A stretch of 64,000 nt of DNA from Octopus sinensis (GCF_006345805.1 NC_043005.1:58342001-58406000); one strand, 5' to 3'; shown: positions 37,051 through 52,029, numbered from the stretch's first letter. Program-made: numbers and translations. Notes: generated from the letters alone by a model not told the origin.

Positions 37051-38224
37051 TGGAATATATATCCATTCAGAAATCATGTGTTCAAATCTGCTGCTGTTAT
37101 TTATTTCTCTGGATAATTTCAGAGATTCTTTTAGTCTATATTGCTTCAGTTCTCACTGTTGCTGTTTTTATTATTGTTTAGCCCTAAGCCATTCCGACTG
37201 AGCTGCCACATTTTTATTTACTTGAATAATACATGCTAACATGGAAAAACAGATGTAAAAAGAAATAAACGAACTAACAAACTTATTCTTGAATCTTTCA
37301 AGTTAAAAATTAATCAATGTTTCTTTCGAATAAAACAGAAATTAGCACTTTCTAGTAATTCAAATTTTTTTTTTTTCCAGTACATTATTGAACAAATATC
37401 ACTATAGATTTTATTTCAAAGAGAAATAAAGGAAACAATTTTATATACAAAATTTTTGAAGATTTATTTTATATTTGTTTATTGTAAGATTCTATTAAAA
37501 AAATATTGAAAATCTTCTTTCTAAAATTAAAATACAATTCAACAACTGAAATTTCAATATTCAAAATATATTTTCTTTGCAATGGTCTTGTGGTTAGGGT
37601 GTTAAGCTCATTATTATCAGACTATGTCTTTGTTTCCTGGACTGGATTGTGACCTTGAAGAAAATGCCCTTGAAGAAGATGTCTCATTTCACAAGGCTCC
37701 AGCCTACTCAGCTAACAAGGAATACAACCCTAATGCTAGTGCAGCCCTTTCTTCTTCCAGCTGTCATATTCTATAAGGGTCAAAAGGTTAGGTTCATGTT
37801 AGCCAGTAACTCTCACTAGTGAGTGAGTTTGTAGTTAGAGTCAGAGAGAGAGAGAGAAAGAAGGAAAGAGAGAAGAAAGTAGAATGGAGCCTAAAAGTGG
37901 ACTGGTACTTTATTTATTGACCCCACCTCAAAGGATGAAAGGCAAATTTGATCTTGATGGGATTTGAACTCATGACACAGAAACTTGGAACAAGGTATTC
38001 TATCAAACACTCCGCTTTTATCTCTTACTTGTTTCAGTCAGTGAAGTGTGACCATACTGGAGCACTGTCTTGAAGGGTTTTCGACAAACATGTCAACACC
38101 AGTGGCACTTATTCTGTTACCCTGTTTTGCCAGACCACTAAGTTACAGGGATGTAACCAAACCATCACCGGTTGTCGAGTGGTGGTAAAGACAAACACAA
38201 CACAGACACAAAGACACAAACACA

Positions 38225-38531
38225 GATGAGGGAAACAGAAGATGGAATTAGTATAAATTTTTATTCAGCACAACAACCATATTGACCCATCCTGCAGCTG
38301 TCCCTTAGGGGTAGGATATTGTGCACCTAGTTGTTTTGCATCACTCAGTGCAGGCTGTGTCACTTCAGTGGCTTGGTGTAAAAAAAATAAAAGTGACACA
38401 GCCTGCACTGATTGACGCAACACAACCAGATGCATAATATCCTACCCCTAAGGGACAACTGCAGGATGGGTTGAAACAATTGTTGTGCTGAATAAAGATT
38501 CATACTAAATTCATCTTTTGTTTCCCTCATC
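38225..38531. mobile_element. Foldback/MITE-like palindrome (~140-bp imperfect arms, 25-bp loop)
   Basis: 38225-38365 is the reverse complement of 38391-38531 with scattered mismatches (e.g. CCCATCCTGCAG.TGTCCCTTAGGGGTAGGATATT and CAGTGCAGGCTGTGTCACTT pair). Confidence 0.85.
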
Positions 38532-38536
38532 AATTA

Positions 38537-38930
38537 CTAGCAGTATTGCCCGGTGTTGCTTGGGTTTGTTTTCTTTTTGACCCTTTAGAATTGGAATTTT
38601 CAAAAAGTGAAAATTTTGCATTATGTAGCTTGTTATTCTCTTTAAGTGAACATTTTTCTGGTTGAAATACACCGAAAAATGGTGATACAGCAGTGAAAAA
38701 ATTGTAAAAGATAGGGATTTTCATAGAAAAAAAGCACCTTTTTGATGTAAATAATTTTTGGTCTTAACATGGTCGGATTTGAATTTTTTCTTGTACGGAA
38801 TGAAGAGCAAGCCTTCTTCTATCATACTCAATTTTGGTCAACTTGTGCAGCAGGGTCTCAGAGGAGATAGTGTTAGTTGAAGCCTACCAAACCTGCCACA
38901 CACAGACAACTTCAGCTTTATACATATAGA
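38537..38930 (-). mobile_element. Complete 394-bp non-autonomous Helitron
   Basis: Minus strand reads A|TCTATATGTATAAAGCTGAAG...CCCAAGCAACACCGGGCAATACTGCTAG|T: 5' TC, subterminal hairpin, 3' CTAG, inserted between A and T. Confidence 0.85.
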
Positions 38931-40175
38931 TAAACTCAACAAACACTGTGGATTTCTTGATGTAAATCCAGTGGAAATTATATCGTTACTGTGGATGACA
39001 TCGGGTAGCTGAAATGGTGAATGCACTTTAATTGACATACTAATAGACATATACCCAAAGTCCAAATAGTTACATATGTGTGTGTGTGTATGTGTGTACA
39101 CATATATGAAGGAAAAAAAGGAAAGAAAAATGCCAACTAAGGGAGATTAAATGGCCACATCTAAAATGATGGGTGAAAATCGAAAAATTTGAGATACACA
39201 GAAATAACATTGACAAGAACATCAACAACAACCTATTTCTTTATTACCCACAAGGGGCTAAACACAGAGGGGACAAACAAGGACAGACATAGGTATTAAG
39301 TCGATTACATCGACCCCAGTGCGTAACTGGTACTTAATTTATCGACCCCGAAAGGATGAAAGGCAAAGTCGACCTCGGCGGAATTTGAACTCACAACGTA
39401 ACGCAGACGAAATACCGCTAAGCATTTCGCCCGGCGTGCTAACGTTTCTGCAAGCTCGCCACCTTCATTAACATCAACATCAGCATTAACATTAACATCA
39501 ACAACAACCATCACTACTACTGCCACCACAACAGCAATGACTACAACATAGCTAAGAGTTTAATAAAAAAAAAATTATAGCTTTATAAAACAAATCAATT
39601 GTCTATATTTGTGTATGATTTGATCCTTCTTTTTTTTTTAAGTCTTCATTTTTTGTTTTATTATCAAAATACGTGTTCATCTGTGTGATATTTATATAAC
39701 TTATTCTTGACCTTTGACTTCTAGTCGTTACTATTAATGTTTCATCAAAGAAGTTGTGAGTAGAAAGTAGTGTATCAACCGTTTTGTTGTTGTTGTTATT
39801 ATTATTATTATTATCATTATTATCATTATGCTGTAGTCTTATTATTATTATTATTATTGTTATTACGAATGGCTACAATGTTGAACTGAAACATCCGATT
39901 GTCTACTGGAACTTGTATAGGTTACATCCAATAATAGTATTATCGATGACCCAAACTTAGGCACCAAGCTGGCGGAATCGCTTGCACACTGGACAAAATA
40001 CTTTCTGGCATTTCTTCTGGTTTTACGTTCTGCATTCAAGAAAATCTGTTGAGGTCAAACTTTGCCTTTTATCCTTTTAGAATTGCTGAAACAAATACTA
40101 GTTGAGTAAAGGGGTCAATGTAATCGACTAGGTCCCTCCCCCAAAGTTTCAGGTCTTGTGCTTAAAGCAGATAGG

Positions 40176-40240
<65 letters not shown>

Positions 40241-41965
40241 TGAAGGTGGTGAGCTGGCAGAATTGTTAGCATGCCAGGCAAAATGTTTAGTAGCACATCA
40301 TGTGTCTTTATGCTCTGAGTTCAAATTCTGTGGTGGTCAACTTTGCCTTTCATCCTGCCAGGGTTGTTAAATTAAGTACAAGTGAAACACTGGGATTGAT
40401 GTAATCGACTAGTCCCCTCCCACAAAATTTCAGGCTTTGTGCCTTTAGTAGAAAACATTATTATTTGTGAAGTATATTTGCCACTTAAATGTGGCTAACC
40501 CTTATGGGTGGATGCTACTCTAGCTTGTAGCCCGAGGAGGACACCTCCTCCAGCTGGCAATTGACACACTTTCTGTGTCCTATCAGTATTTGCAAAGGGA
40601 AGCCATCTTTCCCATCTTCAACCTGACATGATATACATGGACTCGAGTTTCTGGGTATTAACTTAGAAATGCCATCTGCAAGTAAACACTATAGCTAAGT
40701 TAATAGTTATTTAATGCAGGATACATTAAAAAGTCAACTAGGAATAATCATACAGTGAGAGTTAATGATTATTATTACATTTTCAGCAAGTATGGGAGAC
40801 AATTGTGTAGGCACATGGCCTAGTGGTTAGAGCAGTAGACTCGCAGTTGAGGGATCGCGGGTTCAAAACTCAGACCGGGCAATGTGTGTGCTTATGAGCG
40901 AAACACCTAAGCTCCACACGGCTCCAGCAGAAGTATTTATAATCTAAGTAATTCTATTTTTTTTTTTCACTCCAGCTTCAGTAAACAGTTGTAAACTGTA
41001 AATTGAACTGAATTAAACATGCAGGACAATTCTGTAGACTAAATAATCAGCTGATATTGTGTTTTTTTATATTTTAGTTGTTTCAGTCATTGGACTGTAG
41101 TCATGCTGGGGCACCACTTTGAAGGGTTTTAGTCAAATGAATTGAGCTCAGTACTTATCTTTGAAACCCAGAACTTATTCTATCAATTTATTTGCTGAAC
41201 TGATAAATTATGAGGATATAAACAAACCAATACTAGTTTCCAAACAATGGTGAGCAACAAACAAAAGCACAGGCTTCCACATGCACACATGCACAGATGT
41301 GCACACACACATGCGCGCGTGCACACACACACACAAACGCACACACACACACAATGAGATTCTTTCAGTTTTCATCTATGAAACCCACTCACAAGGCTTT
41401 GGTCGTCCCAGGGCTACAGTAGAAGACACTAGTCTAAGATGCACATAGTGGGACTGAACTCAGAACCATAGGTTTGAGAAGTTATTAGTTAAACTGAATT
41501 AAATACACTGTACAATTATAAGGATTTTGTTTTATATAATCTTTACATTGCATAGGAGTGGCTGTGTGGTAAGTAGCTTGCTTATGAACCATACGGTTCT
41601 GGGTTCAGTCCCACCGCGTGGCACCTTGGGCAAGTGTCTTTTACTATAGTCTCGGGCTGACCAAAGCCTTGTGAGTGGATTTGGTAGACAGAAACAGAAA
41701 GAAGCCCATCATATATAAATATATATGTCGTATGTATACATATGTATGTATATGTTTGTGTGTCTGTGTTTGTCCCCCCAGCATCACTTGACAACTGATA
41801 CCGGTGTGTTTATGTTCTTGTAACTTAGAAGTTTTGCAAAAGAGACCGATAGAATAAGTACTAGGCTTACAAAGAATAAGTCCTGGGGTCAATTTGCTCG
41901 ACTAAAGGCTGTGCTCCAGCATGGCCACAGTCAAATGACTGAAACAAGTAAACAAGTAAAAGAGT

Positions 41966-42014
<49 letters not shown>

Positions 42015-42730
42015 AGTAAAAGAGTAGGATGGTAAAAGAAGGATCTACCTGACTGGTTTCAATAGTTTTTGTGATCTTATCAGGAAGTGAGCATCTATGT
42101 ATGTACTACAACATTTAATAAGTGATTTTGAAATCACACATTTGGCGAGTTTGACGGAGGTGATTCTTTTGCTGATGAGGTTATGATAAGAGTGAAACAT
42201 GTTTCATATCATCTCCAGTACTTGCAAAAATAAATGAAATAATGTTACTCCTTGAATGATATTGTTTTCATTTTCTTTTATTTTTTTTATTTTGCTGTAT
42301 AAATATTTCCAGTTTTAGCTTTTTGCTGCTTTCTGCATTGAATATGTTAACATCAACTTGGCTAATATATTAATAATTCTGTGAGTTTTGTTTCTGAAAG
42401 CAAGTTATTTCCCATAATTCTCCCATTCAAACATCTGGAAATGTGATGCTCGAATTGACATGGTTGAGGCTAGCCACTTTCATTTCCATCTGGTTTCTGT
42501 CTTTCTCTGTCCACAGACCACAACTACCACCACATACACCCAAACCATCACCACCACTACCACTATTACTGCAACCATCATAACCCACAAAATGGAAAAT
42601 GTTACCAGAATGGCCTAGATCTTCAATTCAGAAATATCAATATTGGTGTCTGTGATTCTGCTTTAAAGGAGTTTTTTTTGTTCTTTTTTCAATGGAACAT
42701 CAAAGCAAGAAGCTTATATTAGTATGACTG

Positions 42731-42802
<72 letters not shown>

Positions 42803-42872
42803 TATATATACATATATGTATATACATATATATACATATATATATACACATATATATATATATATATATGTA

Positions 42873-42916
<44 letters not shown>

Positions 42917-43135
42917 TATATATACATATATATACATATATATATACATATATATATACATATATATATATAACTATATATATATACATATATATGTATA
43001 TATATATGTATATATGTATATATATATATACATACATACATACATACATTACATAACACACATATATATATGTACATATGTATAATATGTATATATATAC
43101 ATACAAATATACTTATACATAGATACACACATATA

Positions 43136-43198
<63 letters not shown>

Positions 43199-43846
43199 TT
43201 ATACATACACACACACACACACACACACAATCACACACACACATCACACACACACACACACACTTTCTTTAGACTTAGATATGGTGTATCACATGTCTTT
43301 TATCATTTATTGGCATTCAGCAAATTATATTTTGTGAAAGTTCACTCCAAATTTTGCTAGCTAGACTCAATATTGCAGCGTTTTTATTTTAATATTTTCT
43401 TGTATTAAATACTTTTCAGAATTAGATGATACATATGATAATGCATCAGCACCCCCCCCCCAACACACACACACATACACGCACACACACACACACATAT
43501 ACATACATACATACATACATACATTCATATATATATATACACATATATATACACCTACATACATTTATATATATATATATATATATATACTCACATACAC
43601 ATATACACACACACGTATATATACACATATTATACACACACACATATATATGCACACATACATACACATACATACACACACTCACACACACACACACACC
43701 ACACACACACACACAAACCACACACACACACATGCTACTAAGATCAAAAATGTTAAATGAGTTTCTCTGCAAAGTTATACTACAAACATTATGTCTATTC
43801 AGAAGATGAAATTTAGAAAATTCTTGTTTATTTTTTCCATTCCATT

Positions 43847-43914
<68 letters not shown>

Positions 43915-45904
43915 TACATACATACATACATTACATATATATATGGAATATGCAGATCACACATAGCATTGTAATTATTTGCACAAGATCTTCATTTTGT
44001 TTGTAGATTACTGCTTAAACTCTTTGTAACCTAATGAAGCAAACCAATAATTACTGGTTCCAAATTTTGCAACAATGCCAGTAATTTGGGGGCAAGGGTG
44101 TAAGTCAGTTGCATCAATCCCAGTGCTGAACTAGTACTTATTTTATTGACCCTGAAAGGATGAGAGGTGAAATCAGTCCTGGCAGCATTTGAACTCAGAA
44201 CATAAATTCTAAAGAAATTTTGCTGAGCATTTTTTTCCAAGGCAGTGACAATTTTGCCAGCTTGCCGTCTTAACCATTTGGCATTTAAACTGTCCATATT
44301 CAGCCCGAATATTCTACCTGTTTTATGTTCAAAGTGGTCAAATCTGGCCTCTCACACATTCCCTGCAATGTCATTCTAAAAGATAAACAATCCCATCTTT
44401 AAAACCTTGAAGCTATAAGCTAATACAGTATTAATTATTACAAAATGTGAACTAAATAAGCATTACATTTGACAAAATAATCTGAATGCTAAAGGGTTAA
44501 GTAAACTGGTTCCAAATTTTGGCAGAATGCCAGTAATTTTGGCACAAAGTCTGCAATTTTGGTTGAGTGGTGTACATTGATTACATTGATCCTAGTGTTC
44601 AGTTGGAACTTTGCTTCTCAGCCTTTCAGTATCGATAAACAAAAGTCAAGCTCAGTGGGATTTAAACTCAGGAAATAAAGTTGTAAGAAATACCACTGAG
44701 GGTTTTTTCCTGAGGCACTAACAATTCTCCCAGTTTGCCAGCACAAGTAAACCAATAATTATGAGCACAAAGAATAGGTACAAGCATGGCTATGTTGCTA
44801 AGAAGCTTGTATTGCATCTGCATGGCTTCAGGCTCAATCTCACTGCCTGGCATCGTATCTTTGGCAAGTGTCTTCTATAATAACTCCTGGCTGACCAAAG
44901 TAGATTTGATAAAGAGAAACTGAAAGAAGACCATTATATATATTGTGCATGTGTGTGCATGAATGTGTGTGCATGATTGTATGTGTATGTGCATTTGTGT
45001 GTGTGAGTGTCTCCTTGTCTTGATATCATGCGATAGCTGTAAATGAGTCTCATCCTCATACAAGCAGTGACATTTTCCCCCAGTCTTCCATGAAAATGTG
45101 TCCAGTTTTGGGGGAATATTACATTTCTTGGAGCAGGTTGGTGACAGAAAGAGCACCAAACTGTAAAAACATTTGCTTCCAGTGACATTTTTTTCACTTG
45201 ATAATATAGTCCAAGCATTGTAAAATAAGACACCCTTAAATTATCAACAAAACAGTAATTCTTTTTAACTGAAAAGGAAAAACAAACTTTAAAGAAAGGA
45301 TAAAATGTTTACCAGCATTATTTCTTGCTACTCCTCTTGTTTAGTATTCCACAATTGGACAATGTTACATAATATGTAGAAATACATTGGCTACTCTTAA
45401 AATAATTAACATTTACTTCAGTTCTCATTTTGACTCGTGTCATTGGCTGTAACAAAATGACCTCAAAAAGAAATTTTATAAAATCTTGGAATGTTTAAAA
45501 AAATTCTAAAGTATGATAATTTATTGTTGTAAAATATATACAACAAAATGATAATTAAAATCAGTTATATTAATCTTGGTAATCACAGGTATTGTCTATT
45601 CTACATCTCTACATTTGTGAAATCTTCTAATGTCTACAAAACTTCAGATTTAGTTTTGTATATTACTAACTATATACTCCTTTACTCTTTTACTTGTTTC
45701 AGTCATTTGACTGTGGCCATGCTGGATCACCACATTTAGTTGAGCAAATCAACCCCAGGACTTATTCTTTGTAAGCCTAGTACTTATTCTATTGGTCTCT
45801 TTTGCCGAACTGCTAAGTTAGAGGTTTGGAAACACACCAGCATCGGTTGTCAAGCAATGTTGGGGGAGGGGGTCAAACACTGACAAACAAACATATACAC
45901 ACAC

Positions 45905-45950
<46 letters not shown>

Positions 45951-46279
45951 CATATATATGATGGGATTCTTTCAGTTTCTGTCTACCAAATCCACTCACA
46001 AGGCTTTGGTTGGCCCAAGGCTATAGTAGAAGACACTTGCCCAATGTGCCACACAGTGGGACTGAACCCAGAACCATGTGGTTCATAAGCAAGCTACTTA
46101 CCACACAGCCACTCCTTCGCCTATATATATATATATATATATAGATCAATAAATGGTGGGGTTGTGTTGACCGCACGTGGAGAAATGATAAGCAAGGAAA
46201 AATTGTAAAAATGCAGAATGCTCGATTGAAAGAAAATTTTAATGAAATGAGAAAATGAAAAAATATATAAATATATATT

Positions 46280-46321
46280 TATTCAAACCGGTTTTCGTCA
46301 TAGTTTGACTTATCAAGAATA
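46280..46321 (-). ncRNA. Minimal type-I hammerhead motif, U3-A8 variant (left-arm copy)
   Basis: UAUUC-UUGAUAA-GUCA(AACUA)UGAC-GAA-AACCGGUU-U-GAAUA. Confidence 0.65.
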
Positions 46322-46881
46322 GTTAGGTGAAAAGGTTTTTTAAAAATGAGAAAGGGGAAAAAGAATAATAATAAATATGTATTTATTATTATTCTTTTGC
46401 AAAAAACAATGCAACTTTTTTCCCCTTTCTCATTTTTAAAAAACCTTTTCACCTAACATAGGCGCAGGAGTGGCTGTTTGGTAAGTAGCTTGCTAACCAA
46501 CCACATGGTTCCGGGTTCAGTCCCACTGCGTGGCATCTTGGGCAAGTGTCTTCTGCTATAGCCCCGGGCCGACCAATGCCTTGTGAGTGGATTGGTAGAC
46601 GGAAACTGAAAGAAGCCTGTCGTATATGTATATATATATAAGTGTGTGTGAATATGTTTGTGTGTCTGTGTTTGTTCCCCTAGCATTGCTTGACAACCGA
46701 TGCTGGTGTGTTTATGTCCCCGTCACTTAGCGGTTCGGCAAAAGAGACCGATAGAATAAGTACTGGGCTTACAAAGAATAAGTCCCAGGGTCGATTTGCT
46801 TGACTAAAGGTGGTGCTCCAGCATGGCCGCAGTCAAATGACTGAAACAAGTAAAAAGAGAAAAAAAAGAGTAAAGAGTAAC

Positions 46882-46923
46882 TATTCTTGATAAGTCAAAC
46901 TATGACGAAAACCGGTTTGAATA
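46882..46923 (+). ncRNA. Minimal type-I hammerhead motif, U3-A8 variant (right-arm copy)
   Basis: Identical to the minus-strand copy: perfect 5-bp stem I, 4-bp stem II with G10.1-C11.1, palindromic stem III AACCGGUU. Confidence 0.65.
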
Positions 46924-47221
46924 AATATATATTTATATATTTTTTCATTTTCTCATTTCATTAAAATTTTCTTTCAATCGAGCATTCTGCATTTTTACAA
47001 TTTTTCCTTGCTTATATATATATATATATATATACGTTATATAATTAGGGTTCATTAAAATAACTTACTTTATCACACACTGAACTTTTAGAAATAGCAG
47101 CCAAAAAATCTTAGCTATTTCTTCTACTATAACAAAACTCTCCCAGACAATGCATACTCAAAAATAATTCACACAGGTATAGAGGGAAAAATAACGAAAG
47201 ATCACATGTACATAAGATTAC

Positions 47222-47283
47222 TTGAGAACGGCTGTTTCTGGATTAGTTGAATATAAAGATCAACATTTCCTTCGTCAGCTCAA
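47222..47283 (-). ncRNA. Type-I hammerhead motif with canonical core in a probable Penelope-like fragment (~47050-47500)
   Basis: UUGAG-CUGACGA-AGGA...GUUGA...UCAAC...UCCA-GAA-AC(AGCC)GU-U-CUCAA: perfect stem I, GUU site; only the 10.1-11.1 position is A:A. Confidence 0.65.
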
Positions 47284-47570
47284 AGATTTCTTTTGATTTG
47301 GATTTGAGAGCACTAAAAATCGAATATACCCGTCTGATATGAGTAATCCCAGACAAACCATCTTCGACCGCTAGTACTAACGAATTCAAAAAGTACAAAT
47401 GAGGCTTTGCATTCTTCCCCTTCCACCCACGTGAGTTATAGAGCAACACATTCCTACAGAGAGAACTGTAGTTTAATATCAGAGAGAGAGAATTATATTA
47501 TCAATAATAAAAGGGTAAAATTAATTAATTATTAATTAATTTTACCAAGTAGTGTTCAGTATGTAAAAAG

Positions 47571-47621
47571 ACCATTTACGGTATATTTATAACGTAATGT
47601 TTTAAATATACCGTAAATGGT
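47571..47621. repeat. Perfect 19-bp inverted repeat with 13-nt loop
   Basis: ACCATTTACGGTATATTTA ... TAAATATACCGTAAATGGT. Confidence 0.9.
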
Positions 47622-47650
47622 TTTTTTATATATATATAGATATATATCTA

Positions 47651-47690
<40 letters not shown>

Positions 47691-49786
47691 GCATCGCTAT
47701 GTGGTAAGAAGTTATACACATATATATAAACCTATTGATACATATGTAAATATGCTTGGGTCTTTGTGTGTATCCATGTGCATTTGTGTTCTTGTGTTTG
47801 TCTCTTGCTGTAACTTAATGGTTAAAAAAAAATGGAAACATCATAGAATAATTACTAGACTTGAAAGCGTTAGAAACAAGGTTGATTTGTATGAGTGAGG
47901 AAATAAAAAGAAAGAAAAAAAAAATCGGTAAAATAAAAATAACTTTCTTCAACTTAGTGCTTCAGCATGCCAGCAATCCATTGATTACAGACAATAAAAG
48001 ACCACTAGTGAGACAGTCAGCTGGCAGAAACGTTAGCATGCTGGGAAAACTGCTTAGCGGTATTTTGTCTGTCTTTACGTTCTGAGTTCAAATTCTACCG
48101 AGGTTGACTTTGCCTTTCATCCTTTCGGGGTCGATTAAATAAGTACCAGTTATGCACTGGGATTGATGTAATCGACTTAATCCGTTTGTCTGTCCTTGTT
48201 TGTCCTCTCTGTGTTTAGCCTCTTGTGAGTAGTAAAGAAATGGGTATTTCGCCTGTCTTTACTTTCTGAGTTCAAATTTTACTGAGGTCGACTTTGCCTT
48301 TCATCCTTTCAGGGTCAATAAATTAAGTACAAGTGTGTACTGGGGTCGATCTAATCAACTGACCCCCTTCCCCAAAATTTTGGACCTCGTTCCTAGAGCA
48401 GAAAAGAATAAAAGACCAATAGTGTAATATATAAAGACAGGCTGGTCACAGCCAGAATATTTTTGATCACAGTTCTGTTGCATAAGAGAAACAAAACTTG
48501 GAGGTAAACAACAACATTAACAGCAACAAGGACAAGAACTATATCCACAACAGCTGGATATTTTGAGAAAAAACCCACAAAACTGGCACTCTGTTGGTTA
48601 TGACGATGACGGTTCCGGTTCATCTGATCTATGGAACACCCTGCTCATGATATTAGTATTTGAGTGGCTGAGCACTCCACAGGCACACATACTCTTAATG
48701 TAGTTCTCAGGGAAATTTAGCATGACACAGAAAGGGACTTGGCTGGTCCTTTGACATACAGGTATTAGTCATTTTTTGCCTGCTGATTTGACTGGAGCAA
48801 TGTGAGATAAAAAAAAATGTCTTGCTCCAGGACACAACATGCTGCCTGGAATCGAACTCACAACCTTCTGATCATAAGCTGAATACCCCTAACCACTAAG
48901 CCATATGCCTTCACTAGCAGCAGCTGTCGCTGTAGTAACATGAACAAAAAAAAAAACAATTTAGCAATTTGACCTATTTAGCTCAGAGCAAAACAAACCA
49001 ATTTTTTCCAATTTTCTTTTACATATTCAAAGAAGGTAATTTCTCTATATTACCTCACAGGTAATATCTCCAACTAAGTAAATATCTTACTCACCCATGA
49101 GGGATTTCATTCGATTCAATTCCATTCCATTCCATTAGAATAAAAATCTGATGAATGATAAAACAGAAAAGGAAAATTACTTCATGAATAACTTTTAGCA
49201 TTTTTCATTTGAAAAAGATAATAAAATAGAATATTAATTTTAATATTTCGAGCAATTTATAAGCACCACTGTGGTATCTAACACTACCAAATTCTATTTG
49301 TCTTCCTCTCTATGAAAAACTAAAGAAGGTGAGGAAAACCTACGATAAAATAGTATAATAGAAGAATATAAAAAATATTGGATTGTGTTCTTTATTGATT
49401 TTATCTTAGGTATAAATATTTGAAAGATATTACAGATTAGAAGTGTATAGATATGTACATACATACATGCATATATATATACACATATACATACATACTT
49501 ACATAAATATCTATGTATATAACATCATTGATGTATGTACGTATACATCACATGCATGTATCTGTGTGTGCATATGTATGCATCTACATATATGCACATA
49601 CATAAATTTATATATATGCATTTGCATATACCTATACCCATCCCACATATACACACACATATAGATATGCGTAAGGGTAGGTGTTTTGGTTCATGGGTGA
49701 TTATATTATGTGTATGTGTGCATGTATTTAAATGTAAATTTGTATATGTATTTATTTGTATGTATCTACGTATATGTGTGTGTGTC

Positions 49787-49838
<52 letters not shown>

Positions 49839-50595
49839 GAATGCAGAGAATAAACTATCGTCTAAATTACACAAAAATGAAAACAACACTGACATTTCAT
49901 TTCAACAGATATACTTTTATTCCTTCACTTGTTTCAGTCATTTGACTGTGGCCATGCTGGAGCACTGCCTTGTAGTTGAACAAATTGACCTCCCCAGGAG
50001 TTATTCTTTGTAAACCTAATGCTTATTCTATCGGTATCTTTTGCCGAACTGTTAAGTTATGGGGACATAAATGCCCCAACATCGGCTGTCATGGTGGTGG
50101 TGGTGGTGGTGGGGGGACAAACACAGACACACAAATATATACATACATATGTATACATACGACATAAATATTTATATATGATGGGCTTCTTTCTGTTTCT
50201 GTCTACCAAATCCCCTCACAAGGCTTTGGTCAGCCCGAGACTATAGTAAAAGACACTTGCCCAAGATGCCATGCAGTGGGACTGAACCCAAAATTATGTG
50301 GTTGGGAGGCAAGCTTCTTACCACACAGCCACCAAAATTACAAAAAATATCTTGAAATACTAAAGAGTAAATTTATTCAATGAAATCGCCATTGGCTTGA
50401 GAATTAATAGAGGTGGGCACTTGAAATCAAGTGTGCTGCAAATGTAGCCACTAGCCTGGTGAGAATGTGGGGTTATTTCTTGGTATTTATGTATGATATT
50501 ATAGAGTATGTAAAATCTAACTAATGGACATAGTATGGAGACCTGACAATTACCATGTGTTTCCTCTACTGTGCATATCGAGCTCTCACCTATTG

Positions 50596-50647
<52 letters not shown>

Positions 50648-51037
50648 CGTGACCGACCAGGCTATCAGATGTTGCTACACATCGCTGGTCACAATGTGCA
50701 TATACATCCATACATACATACATGCATTATTTATATACCCTTTTCAAGCCTAGCCAGGCTCATAGGCCTGGTTTCCTGGTTTCTGTGGTGTATGTGTTCC
50801 CCCCAGCTGGATGGGACGCCAGTGTTTCACAAGAAACAGGAAGAGAGAGTGAGAGAAAGTCAGGGCAAAAGAATACAACAGAGGTCACCAGCACCCCCTG
50901 CTGGAGCCTCATGGAGCTTTAGATGTTTTCGCTCAATAAACACATGCAATGCCCGGTCTGTGAATCGAAACCGCGATCCTCCAACTGCGAGTCTGCTGTC
51001 CTAATCACTGGGCTGTTGCGCCTCCATATATATGAAT

Positions 51038-51795
<758 letters not shown>

Positions 51796-52029
51796 TCTGA
51801 GTCATCTTAAGGTTTGTTGTTATTATTATTACTGTTTAACTATTGTTATCACGTTTGTTGGTTCCTCGTAAAGGAAACATTATTGTGTTGCATTTGTTAA
51901 ATAATTGTAAACTGTAACCCTCCCCTTTTGGGAGAAGGAGCTTTGGTTATTGTTTAAAAATTGAATTAAGTCCCTGTTTAGGGAAATTGACAATATTTTC
52001 ACTGTTTACACGGAGGCATTTTTGTTAGA

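Larger units (their letters stand above)
46188..47015. mobile_element. Perfect palindrome (Penelope-like inverted terminal repeat) with a family-B SINE inserted in the right arm
   Basis: 46188-46362 is the exact reverse complement of 46416-46457 plus 46882-47015. The SINE 46458-46877 is flanked by duplicated TAAC (46454-46457, 46878-46881). Confidence 0.85.

Noticed and set aside
42166-42215. CTGATGAGG...GAGTGAAACATGTTTC as another hammerhead
   Set aside because: The core words are present but neither stem I nor stem II pairs.
42605-42700. [23 protein letters not shown] as a CFAP65 exon
   Set aside because: No polypyrimidine acceptor, and the resemblance to CFAP65 is too weak and out of expected order.
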